Shown piece after piece: positions 9,040 to 17,194 of a stretch of DNA of 41,063 bases (within the stretch, counting starts at the first letter, position 1; every line of letters begins with the position of its first letter). Below the pieces are notes generated by a model. It was given only the letters and a program-made list of their open reading frames with translations, had not been told where the DNA came from and ran no database searches. Source of the DNA: Fibrobacteria bacterium (GTDB taxonomy: Bacteria > Fibrobacterota > Fibrobacteria > UBA11236); NCBI GenBank assembly GCA_050486505.1, contig JBJHDK010000014.1, positions 1 to 41,063 of the forward strand. Reading direction: 5' to 3'. A program made the position numbers and the translations under genes.

Positions 9040-10859
9040 TTCTTCTTGCGGGATTTGCCGCCGGACGGCTTCGCGGCCGCGGCCTTGGGTGTCGGCGATG
9101 CCTTCGCGGGGGTTCCGTTCCCGTCGACGGGCTTCAGGGGCGCAACGGTGCCGAAGATCTTGGTCTGCCCGATGGTGAAGACGTTCGACATCGTCCAGTA
9201 CAACACCAGTCCCGAGGGGAAGGAGCTCGAGAAGACGAAGAGCATGATCGGCATGATCCAGACCAGCGCCTTCTGGTTGGGGTCCTTGATGGTCAGTTTC
9301 ATCTGGATCCACATGGTGAAGGCCATGAAGAAGGGAAGCACGGTGAGGCCCACCGGGAAGATGAAAGGGACCGTGAAGCCCGACCAGATCACGTCGGGGC
9401 GCGACAGGTCGCTGATCCACCCGAAGAAGGGCATCTCGTGCAGCTCCACCGCGCGGCCGAGCACGTTGAACAGGGCGATGAACACCGGCATCTGGAGCAG
9501 CAGGGGGAAGCATCCAAGCAGGGGCGCCATCGGGTTGATGCCCTGCTTGCGGTAGTACTCCATGATCTCCATCTGCATCTTCTGGCGCTCGCCCTTGTAC
9601 TTCTCCTGGATCTTGCGAATCTCGGGCTGGTGCACGGCGAGCTTCGCGGCCTGGCGCGTCTGGTTGATGGACAGCGGCAGGGTGATGAAGCGAACGAGGA
9701 AGGTGAGCAGGATGATGGCGATGCCGTAGTTCGGGATCCACCCGAAGAACATGTTGAGGAGGTTGAGCACGAGGCCGCAGAGCTTCACGTACCAGACGTC
9801 GGCGCGGAAGAACCACTCCCAGCCGGAGAACAGGATCTGTTCGAACCCGCGGTCCGCCGCGCGAATGGTGGCGTAATGCAGGGGCATCACGCGGAAGTCG
9901 AAGTTCAGGACGCCGGTTTCGTCGGTGTTGCCCGCGATGCGCATGGAGTAACGGCGCGGCGCACTCGAGTTCGTCGGGTCGGAGAAACCGGTCGCTTCGA
10001 GGCGGTCGTGGATGTCGCGCCCGAAGTCCATGACGACGGCCACGTACTTGCGGCGCATGCCCGCCCAGCGGATGACGCCGCTTTGCACGTTGTACGACTT
10101 GTCGCCGTCGAAGGATTCGCGCTGGGTCATCGAGCCGTTGTGGAAGATGATTTCGCTGAAATAGGTCGCAAGCAGGCCGATGCCGCGCGCGGTCTCGATG
10201 CGGTCGGTCTCCTCGAGGCCGCCGTTCCACTCCACGGCGTAGCTGCGGATGGCCCCGTCGCGCGCGAACACGCGGTGCCGCACGAAGGATTCGCCGGGAA
10301 CGAAGGTATAGGCGCGCTCGACCGGCTCCCCGCTCTGGAGGGTGGTGGAGAACGTGATGGTCAACGGGACGGAGTCGACCCTGAACCAGGTTTCCTCGGT
10401 GTCCGCGGCCCAGATCACGTCGGCCAGGGATGTTCCGTTCAGCGAAAGCGTCAGCGCGCCCTCGCTATCGGGACGGATCAGCAGGGGGTTGTAGGGGGCT
10501 TTGCCCGCGATGGACGGGACGCGCAGTTCGGAAATGCGCCCGCCCTGTCCGTCGAGTACGACGGTGAAATGTTCGGTCTCCACCGTGATGATGCGCCGCT
10601 CCGCATCCTGTGCCGCGGTGGGGCGAGTTTCGCGCGTTTCACGCGACGGTTGCTCCCCTGCGGGCGCCCGGGGCTCGCGCGGAGAAGAAAGTGCGGCACC
10701 GCTCCGGTTTTCCTCGACACCTGCCTGCGCCAGCGAGTCCGCCAACGCGATTTCGGCCTGCTGTTGCCGGAATTCTTCCGCCTGTTTGCTCTTGTACTGC
10801 GTCCAGGCGAGGAAGAGTCCCATCAACAGGGCCCAGCCGAGAATCATGTTGCGGGTCAC
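9036..10859 (-). CDS. yidC: Membrane protein insertase YidC
   Basis: N-terminal TM, periplasmic domain, NYGIAIILLT, GCFPLLLQMPVF, WISDLSRPD, PSGLVLYW; conserved operon context. Confidence 0.97.
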   Translation of the reverse strand: MTRNMILGWALLMGLFLAWTQYKSKQAEEFRQQQAEIALADSLAQAGVEENRSGAALSSPREPRAPAGEQPSRETRETRPTAAQDAERRIITVETEHFTVVLDGQGGRISELRVPSIAGKAPYNPLLIRPDSEGALTLSLNGTSLADVIWAADTEETWFRVDSVPLTITFSTTLQSGEPVERAYTFVPGESFVRHRVFARDGAIRSYAVEWNGGLEETDRIETARGIGLLATYFSEIIFHNGSMTQRESFDGDKSYNVQSGVIRWAGMRRKYVAVVMDFGRDIHDRLEATGFSDPTNSSAPRRYSMRIAGNTDETGVLNFDFRVMPLHYATIRAADRGFEQILFSGWEWFFRADVWYVKLCGLVLNLLNMFFGWIPNYGIAIILLTFLVRFITLPLSINQTRQAAKLAVHQPEIRKIQEKYKGERQKMQMEIMEYYRKQGINPMAPLLGCFPLLLQMPVFIALFNVLGRAVELHEMPFFGWISDLSRPDVIWSGFTVPFIFPVGLTVLPFFMAFTMWIQMKLTIKDPNQKALVWIMPIMLFVFSSSFPSGLVLYWTMSNVFTIGQTKIFGTVAPLKPVDGNGTPAKASPTPKAAAAKPSGGKSRKKK

Positions 10860-11164
10860 GCAAACCTCCTGTGTCCGCCGGGCTGCGTCACGGCGGGTGC
10901 GCTGTCGTCGGCGGGTTCATGTCGTGTGTGGATTTTTTCACGGGGCTTCGGCTCGGGAACCGGGTCGAAGCCGCCGCGACAAAAAGGCTGGCAGCGCAGC
11001 ACGCGCCAGACGGTCAGCCCGGTCCCTTTGAGGGTGCCGTGCAATTCCAGGGCATCGATCGCGTAGTGCGAGCAGGTGGGATAGAAGCGGCAGCTGCCGC
11101 GGAAGAAGGCGACGTGCACGGCCTGATATGCGTGGATCAGCAGGATCAGGCCGCGGCGAATCAT
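10856..11164 (-). CDS. yidD: Membrane protein insertion efficiency factor YidD
   Basis: CRFYPTCSHYA and RCQPF..GGFDPVP motifs; lies between rnpA and yidC. Confidence 0.95.
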   Translation of the reverse strand: MIRRGLILLIHAYQAVHVAFFRGSCRFYPTCSHYAIDALELHGTLKGTGLTVWRVLRCQPFCRGGFDPVPEPKPREKIHTRHEPADDSAPAVTQPGGHRRFA

Positions 11165-11532
11165 GCGGCGTTCCCTCGCAGGGACAACAGCAGGGATTCG
11201 GCGCGCGTACGGAATTCAGCGCGGGAAGTTTCCGAAGCCCGTTCGTAAACATCGAACACGACCCAGGCCGGGCGCGCGAACGACGATGCATGGCGGCGGA
11301 ACAGGTCGCGAATCACGCGCCGCATCGCGTTGCGCAAAGGCGCGTTTCCCGTGCGCTTGCGCACGATGAAGCCGACGCGGCTTTCAACAATGTCTTCAGC
11401 TTGGAGATAGCGCATGGAGAAGGGGAACTTTCGCAACAGGGCCCCTTCCGATCTGACTCTCCGGTACATCTCCGGAGAGTCCAGCCTGTGGGCGCGGAGG
11501 GGAAATTTCCGCGTGGTCCGGCCGGAATTCAA
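11161..11532 (-). CDS. rnpA: Ribonuclease P protein component
   Basis: RVGFIVRKRTGNAPLRNAMRRVIR (RNR-like motif); operon position. Exact start uncertain (TTG). Confidence 0.9.
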   Translation of the reverse strand: MNSGRTTRKFPLRAHRLDSPEMYRRVRSEGALLRKFPFSMRYLQAEDIVESRVGFIVRKRTGNAPLRNAMRRVIRDLFRRHASSFARPAWVVFDVYERASETSRAEFRTRAESLLLSLRGNAA

Positions 11533-11547
11533 TTCCGAGGAGGGCGG

Positions 11548-11709
11548 TTAGATGTCCTTGTGGGCCATCGTGTCGCTGACCGTCAGGCGCCAGCGACCCT
11601 TCGCACGGCGACGGGCGAGCACCTTGCGACCGTCCTTGTCGGCCATGCGGGCACGGAAACCGTGCTTGTTGACGCGCTTGCGGTTGCGGGGGTTGTACGT
11701 TCTTTTCAT
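11548..11709 (-). CDS. rpmH: 50S ribosomal protein L34 (missing from the supplied ORF track)
   Basis: Manual translation: [53 protein letters not shown] (53 aa). Confidence 0.97.
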   Translation of the reverse strand: MKRTYNPRNRKRVNKHGFRARMADKDGRKVLARRRAKGRWRLTVSDTMAHKDI

Positions 11710-11735
11710 GATGGCATCCTGAAAAACAAAGAGCG

Positions 11736-11770
11736 CTTGAATTTACATCCATAAACCCTTTAGATTCAAG
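11736..11770. promoter_or_regulatory. Symmetric bidirectional promoter candidate between rpmH and the acyltransferase
   Basis: Plus strand: TTGAAT(11737)-N18-TAGATT(11761). Minus strand: TTGAAT(11769)-N18-TAAATT(11745). The two form the inverted repeat CTTGAAT...ATTCAAG. Confidence 0.55.
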
Positions 11771-11773
11771 GGC

Positions 11774-12604
11774 ATGAGCCAAAAGGAAAACGGGGGGGCG
11801 CCTTCCCGGCAGAGCTGGCGCCCGGGGACCGTCCTCTTGGCTCCGTTTTCGGCCTTTCTGGCCTCCGTTTTTTGCGTCCTGGGCGTTCGACGGAGTGTTG
11901 TGCGCCGCAACCTTTCGCTGCTTTCCATGGCTCCCGGAGCCCTGTTGCGCTGGAGCCTGGCTTACAACGCGGGGCTGTCCGTCTTGCGGCTGCTGGCACC
12001 ATGGCCCTATCCGCCCCCCCGGATCCGGAAACGGATGCGCGGCCGCCTCGAGAGCCTCCGGGTCGGCCCTTCGTTGCTGTTGACCGCGCATTTTCGGGAG
12101 TGGGAAGCCCAGGCCGCCGACTGGATTCGGCTCGGGGTCCCCCTCCTGGGTGCGGCCCGGCCCCTGAAAGGGGCGGTCCCCCAATCCCTCCTTACGCGGG
12201 CCCGGAAGCGCCACGGCATCTCCGTTGTCACCGAGGCCGTTCCGCGCCGCGCGCTCAGGCATTTGCGCGCGGGAGGGTGCTTCGGGTTATTGTGGGACCA
12301 GCATGCGCCCGATTCGCGGATCTCCGGAAGCTTTTTCGGGCGCGCCGTGACCCTCAATCCATTGCCGTTTTTTCTGCTCGAACGCGAGCCCTGTCCCGTA
12401 TGGTTCGGTGTACGACTGCACGGCGGCGAGCTGCGTCTGGTGCGGCTCCTCGATCGCTTTCGTCCGGGGTGGGAAGTGCGGCTGCAGAGGCGTTACCATC
12501 GCGTGCTCGAATTGCTTGTGCGACGCGAACCCGCGCATTGGTTCGGGTTCCTGCACGCCCGCTTCAAGAACCTCGGGCCTTATGATGGGCACAGGGAGAA
12601 TTGA
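11774..12604 (+). CDS. Lipid A / lysophospholipid acyltransferase family protein (LpxL-like)
   Basis: RRSVVRRNL, LLLTAHFREWE (HxxxxE), LLWDQH, FFGR, and a C-terminal W..LH.RFK motif. Confidence 0.8.
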   Translation: MSQKENGGAPSRQSWRPGTVLLAPFSAFLASVFCVLGVRRSVVRRNLSLLSMAPGALLRWSLAYNAGLSVLRLLAPWPYPPPRIRKRMRGRLESLRVGPSLLLTAHFREWEAQAADWIRLGVPLLGAARPLKGAVPQSLLTRARKRHGISVVTEAVPRRALRHLRAGGCFGLLWDQHAPDSRISGSFFGRAVTLNPLPFFLLEREPCPVWFGVRLHGGELRLVRLLDRFRPGWEVRLQRRYHRVLELLVRREPAHWFGFLHARFKNLGPYDGHREN

Positions 12605-12768
12605 GAATTACGAATGGAACGCGTGGGGAAACGGCTTTCGCGCAGGGAAGGTGCCGGCCCGTGTTCGTTGCTTCGCTCAGCTTGTTTGTGGAAGGTGTCT
12701 TCCGACAGGTCGCAGCCCGGTTTTTCTCGCACACCCTCCCAACTCATCACTCGTAACTCGTAACTTTC
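12596..12768. repeat. Degenerate pair of oppositely oriented heptamer arrays
   Basis: gagaatt gagaatt acgaatg (12596-12616) and aactcat cactcgt aactcgt aactttc (12741-12768) bracket a ~125-nt non-coding spacer. Confidence 0.5.
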
Positions 12769-12772
12769 CCCC

Positions 12773-13021
12773 ATGCATCCTTTCCTCCCCGTTCTCTCCG
12801 TCATTTTGCTGATCATGGCCAATGCCGCCATGTTGTTCGCACGCTTCCAAGCGGAACACCCGGAAGTCGCCCCCCATGTTTCCTCGCTGTACGCAGTGGT
12901 TTTCATTTCGATCCTGTGCGGCGCGGGCCTTGCCATTTGGCTGCGCCGCTTCGGCTTGCTGTTCCCAAGCTGGGTCGCGATCGTTTCGCTTTTGGTCCTG
13001 GGGACTGCGACCCTCCTCTAG
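12773..13021 (+). CDS. Small hypothetical membrane protein (3 predicted TM helices)
   Basis: 82 aa with three hydrophobic stretches; fills the gap between flanking genes. Confidence 0.7.
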   Translation: MHPFLPVLSVILLIMANAAMLFARFQAEHPEVAPHVSSLYAVVFISILCGAGLAIWLRRFGLLFPSWVAIVSLLVLGTATLL

Positions 13022-13112
13022 GCCTTTCCGACGGGGCTCCGGTCGGTGAAGGTTTGTATAAATAACGCTATCATTGCCCGGTCGTCCCGTCACGCGTTGA
13101 ATTGGAGCCCCA

Positions 13113-15452
13113 TTGTCCGCCGCCAAAGCCTTTAGCCGTTTTGCCTTTCTGGCCGCAGCCGTGATGCCCGCCCTGTGGATTCCGCAGCCAGCGCAAGCCC
13201 AGGGCGGCGCGGCGGTCATCACACTGGTGATGCCCGTCGGGGCCCGCCAGCTCGGCATGGGCGAGGCCGCCACGGCCCTCTCCGACGATGTTTACGGAAC
13301 CTACTGGAACCCGGCCGGCCTCGCTTTTGGTCCCGTTTCGAACGAGTGGGAGATGATGCTCCCCGCTGTGCGTCCCGATGCGCCGTCCCGACGCTTCACG
13401 ACCATGGCGACCCGCCCGCGCACGGGATTCCTTGTGCGCCCGATGGTGTGGGCCGGCGCCACCGACGGGCTTGCGTACTACGACGGTCGTCGTTGGCGCA
13501 TGCACCACGAGCATGTGCTCGACCAAGGCGAGCGGATCGATGCGGTGGTACGTCGATACATCGGATCCGGGGATCGCCTCGATGAACTTTCCGTGATCGT
13601 GCGGGAGTTCAACAACGTGGAGACCGAGCGCGACGAGGAAGATCTCATCGTCCTGAAGCTTCCCTACAACCTGCTTTTCCCCGATCAGCCGATCACCTCC
13701 ATGGTCGTGGACAACACCGACCGCCTCTGGGTCGGCACTCCGATCGGCCTGTTCCGTTTCGATGGGCAGGGATGGAAGGCTTTCGACCAGGAAGAGGGCT
13801 TTACTTATGTGCCCGAGAGGTCGTCGCCCTCGACCGATGTCGCGGAAGGCTTCGAGGATGAAGGGGCCCCCGAAGTCGTCGATGGCTCCGGAGCGCCGCA
13901 CAACCCCTTCCGCCAGTTGGCCGTGACCGCGCTGGCGCTCAAGGGAACCAGTGTGTGGGTCGGAACCGACGACGGCCTGTACGAGTACCGCCAGAATTCG
14001 ATGGCGCGGCGCGGCGAGAACCTGCTGCCGACCCAGCGCATCACGTCCATCGCCACGCATGAGTCCGTCGAGGACATGTACGTCGGCCTCGAGGGGCACG
14101 GCCTGGCGCGTTATCGCGCGCCGCGCGCGCAGGGGCAGGCAGCGCGCTGGCGCTTGTTCCGCGAGCGCGACGGAATGCTCGACGATGATGTGCGCGCAGT
14201 CCTGGTCGACCGGTTCGGGCACGTTTACACGGCTCACCGCAACGGCGTTTCGCATTTCACGCTGCGCGCATGGGAAAAGATCAACTTCCGCGGCCAGGAC
14301 GTGCGCAGCCTTGCCATCGACGACAAGAACCGGGTGTGGATCGCGACTTCCGAGGGAGCGTGGCGCTTCAACCCCTCCCACGCCACCCCCAAGGGACGTC
14401 GCGCCGAAGAACGGGCGCGCCAGGAAGGCTCCGCCGCATCGCTGGAACAGGGCATGGGCGGAACATGGGAGCATTTCCACGAGGGCAACGGTCTCCGCGA
14501 CAAGGACGTCGCAGCCGTGGGAACGCAAGGCAGCGACGTGTGGTTTCTCACATCCGCGGGCGTCGAGCGCTATTACAACGCCAAGACCCAGGTGGGATTC
14601 TTTTACGAGACGCTGCTCCCCGCCCTGAACCTCGACGACCTCTACCACGCATTCATGGCAGCGACCTTTCCCATCGAAGAGTGGGGAACGGTCGGTGGCT
14701 TCGTGAACTACGTCTCCTTCGGGCAGAACCTCACGCCCACGGGCCAGGAGGGCACGCAGGCGAAGTTCAACGCGTATGAGCTCGTCGCCGGCCTGACATA
14801 CGCAACTCGCCTTACCCAGAACACGGGCTTGGGGATCAATGCCAAGTTCATCTATTCAGCCCTCAGCCAGGGCATGACATCGAGCGGCGAGCAAACCGAC
14901 GGCATCGCGGCCAGCTATGCCGTGGACGTCGGCCTTCTCAGGAAGAACCTGTTGGGCGTGGAGGGGCTTTCATTCGGCTTCGTCATGCAGAACATGGGGC
15001 CGGCCGTCTTTTATGTCGATCAGGCGCAGTCCGATCCGATTCCGTTCACCTGGAAGGTCGGGCTTGCATACAACCTGATCGATCGCCCGAATCACCGGCT
15101 GGTGGTTGCCGCGGATCTGAACCGCGAAGCGTTTTACCGGGACGGAGAGAAGGCCGAACCCTTCTGGATCGGTTCCTGGAAGGCCCTTGTGTCGCCCGGT
15201 GGATCCGAAGGCGTGCTGCAGGAGAATATCCGGCAGACGGTTTACAACACCGGTGCCGAGTACGTGTACGCCAACGTGGTCGCAGTGCGCGCCGGATACC
15301 TGTACGATTACACGGGTGAGCGTCGCGAGCTCGATCTCGGCCTGGGCTTCATGCTTTCGGACATCCTTCAGATCGATGGCAGTTTCATTCGTTCCTTCGA
15401 CAACGGAATCCGCAACGGACAGCAGCGCTACAGCATGATCCTGCATTTCTAG
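13113..15452 (+). CDS. PorV/PorQ-family outer-membrane protein with an inserted beta-propeller
   Basis: Signal peptide (AQA), PorV-type N-terminal motif PVGARQLGMGEA..ALSDD...YWNPAGL, repeated propeller blades, PorV-like barrel (AVDVGLL, GFVMQNMGP, AVRAGY) and C-terminal Phe. Confidence 0.8.
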   Translation: MSAAKAFSRFAFLAAAVMPALWIPQPAQAQGGAAVITLVMPVGARQLGMGEAATALSDDVYGTYWNPAGLAFGPVSNEWEMMLPAVRPDAPSRRFTTMATRPRTGFLVRPMVWAGATDGLAYYDGRRWRMHHEHVLDQGERIDAVVRRYIGSGDRLDELSVIVREFNNVETERDEEDLIVLKLPYNLLFPDQPITSMVVDNTDRLWVGTPIGLFRFDGQGWKAFDQEEGFTYVPERSSPSTDVAEGFEDEGAPEVVDGSGAPHNPFRQLAVTALALKGTSVWVGTDDGLYEYRQNSMARRGENLLPTQRITSIATHESVEDMYVGLEGHGLARYRAPRAQGQAARWRLFRERDGMLDDDVRAVLVDRFGHVYTAHRNGVSHFTLRAWEKINFRGQDVRSLAIDDKNRVWIATSEGAWRFNPSHATPKGRRAEERARQEGSAASLEQGMGGTWEHFHEGNGLRDKDVAAVGTQGSDVWFLTSAGVERYYNAKTQVGFFYETLLPALNLDDLYHAFMAATFPIEEWGTVGGFVNYVSFGQNLTPTGQEGTQAKFNAYELVAGLTYATRLTQNTGLGINAKFIYSALSQGMTSSGEQTDGIAASYAVDVGLLRKNLLGVEGLSFGFVMQNMGPAVFYVDQAQSDPIPFTWKVGLAYNLIDRPNHRLVVAADLNREAFYRDGEKAEPFWIGSWKALVSPGGSEGVLQENIRQTVYNTGAEYVYANVVAVRAGYLYDYTGERRELDLGLGFMLSDILQIDGSFIRSFDNGIRNGQQRYSMILHF

Positions 15453-15626
15453 CGGTGTCGCCGGCCCGCCTCCGGGAGGGAGACCGGCCTCCCCCCGCAA
15501 AACCGTGATTTTTCATGGAATACCGCCTTTGCCGGCGTTCACTTTTTTAAAAAACCGCACCCTCGAAATACTTCCTGTTGTTACCTTCCCTCTTGGCTGA
15601 CACAATATGTTGGGTAGGAGGCCGCA

Positions 15627-15992
15627 TTGAAGAACGTCACAAAGCAGGATCTGATACAAGAGTCTTCCCGTTCGTGCGGGCATTCCCAAACGGAAACCCG
15701 CGTCGTGGTTGAAGATTTCATGCGTGTTGTGTCCGAAATGCTTGTTTCCGGAAAGACCATCGAAATCCGGGGATTCGGCACTTTTTACGCCAAGGAGCGA
15801 AAGCCCCGTCCCGCCCGCAACCCCCGAACGGGCGAAGTTTGTCCCTTGGAGGCCCGCAAGGTCGCCCTGTTCCGGTTCTCCCCGGAGCTAAAGCAGCATG
15901 TACGTGAGATTCCGGAATTGCGCGAGGCCGCCCTCAGGTCGGCCGCCCAGGACTCCCTGGAAGAACATTTCGTCGAGGACTTTCGCGCCTGA
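15627..15992 (+). CDS. HU/IHF-family DNA-binding protein
   Basis: TKQDL, IEIRGFGTF, RPARNPRTGE motifs; AGGAGG ribosome-binding site before a TTG start. Confidence 0.93.
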   Translation: MKNVTKQDLIQESSRSCGHSQTETRVVVEDFMRVVSEMLVSGKTIEIRGFGTFYAKERKPRPARNPRTGEVCPLEARKVALFRFSPELKQHVREIPELREAALRSAAQDSLEEHFVEDFRA

Positions 15993-16093
15993 TTTCAGGC
16001 CCGCGAGACCGTTCGTTTCCGCGCGGGTGGGCGGGTCGGCTTCGGTAGTCGGACCCGTTTTGGGCGGCTTGGCCGGTTCCTAGCTTTTTTCCG

Positions 16094-17077
16094 GTGAAAA
16101 CGCTGCTCGTCACCATGGGTGATGCCGCCGGCATCGGTCCCGAAATCATCGTCAAGCTGTTCGCAGCGCGCCCCGGCGCAGACCTTCGGGTCCGGCCCGT
16201 GGTTGTCGGTGAACTCGACATCCTGCGCGCGACGGCGCGTTTCCTCGGCGCTCCCGTCACCTTTGCGGACGAGGCCGACGTTTCTCCCGGCGCCGTTTCC
16301 AACGAGATCGCCGTGCGCTCCCTCGGCCTGCTCAAGCCCCGAAGCTTCGAGCCCGGGATCCTTTCGGCGGCGTGTGGCGACGCGGCTTACCGTTACTTCG
16401 CCCACTCCGTGGAAGAATGCCTGGCCGGCCGAGCGCACGGCATCGTCACCGCCCCGCTCAACAAGGAGGCCATGAACATGGCCGGTCACGCCTTCGCGGG
16501 GCATACCGACATCCTTGAAAAAATGACGGACGTCGCGGGTCCCGTGATGGCGCTCTGGCATCCCAAGGTCGTCGTCTCGCACGTGACGGATCACCTCCCC
16601 TTGCGCGCGGCCCTCGACGCCATCACCGTTCCGCGCGTCGTCCACGTCGCCCGCCTGACGCGGGAGGCCCTCATCCGCTCCGGGGTGGAGAGTCCGCGCA
16701 TCGCGCTTGCGGGAGTCAACCCCCATGCGGGGGAGAACGGCCTGTTCGGACGCGAAGAGATCGAGATCCTGAAACCCGCGATGGAAGAACTGGATGCGGA
16801 GGGAACCCCCGTCTTCGGCCCCTTCCCCGGGGACACGGTGTTTTCACAGGCGTTGCGGGGGCGCTTCGACGCGGTTCTTGCCATGTATCACGACCAGGGG
16901 TTCGGTCCCATGAAGACGCTCGACTTCGCGAACGGCGTCAACTGCACGCTTGGGCTTCCCTTCGTGCGTACGTCGCCCGACCATGGTACCGCGTTCGAAA
17001 TCGCGGGCAAGGGGATCGCGGAACCCGAGTCGATGATCGCTGCGTGGGACCTGGCGGTGCGGCTGACAGGGAAATAG
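16094..17077 (+). CDS. pdxA: 4-hydroxythreonine-4-phosphate dehydrogenase family (PdxA/PdxA2)
   Basis: TMGDAAGIGPE, TAPLNKE, GHTD, NPHAGE, MYHDQG, RTSPDHGTAF. Confidence 0.93.
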   Translation: MKTLLVTMGDAAGIGPEIIVKLFAARPGADLRVRPVVVGELDILRATARFLGAPVTFADEADVSPGAVSNEIAVRSLGLLKPRSFEPGILSAACGDAAYRYFAHSVEECLAGRAHGIVTAPLNKEAMNMAGHAFAGHTDILEKMTDVAGPVMALWHPKVVVSHVTDHLPLRAALDAITVPRVVHVARLTREALIRSGVESPRIALAGVNPHAGENGLFGREEIEILKPAMEELDAEGTPVFGPFPGDTVFSQALRGRFDAVLAMYHDQGFGPMKTLDFANGVNCTLGLPFVRTSPDHGTAFEIAGKGIAEPESMIAAWDLAVRLTGK

Positions 17078-17078
17078 A

Positions 17079-17194
17079 CAGTGTGCAGTGTACAGTGTGC
17101 AGTGTACAGTGTGCAGTGAGTGGTTAGCGACTAGCCGCGGACGGTTCACTGCACGTTCCCCATTGCCCATTGTTCACTGTCCACTGTCCACTGT
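17079..17194. repeat. Inverted pair of heptamer tandem arrays between convergent genes
   Basis: Six CAGTG(TG/TA/AG) units (17079-17120) face five YCAYTGY units (17160-17194). The right arm encodes the last codons and stop of the antiporter gene. Confidence 0.85.

Noticed and set aside
7551..11066. 1171-aa plus-strand ORF
   Set aside because: Antisense shadow of mnmE/yidC/yidD in high-GC DNA; no recognisable motifs.
11710..11773. oriC next to rpmH
   Set aside because: Only 64 bp, no DnaA boxes and no dnaA gene.
17079..17194. Possible CRISPR array
   Set aside because: Units are 7-nt tandem repeats without unique spacers, and there are no cas genes.
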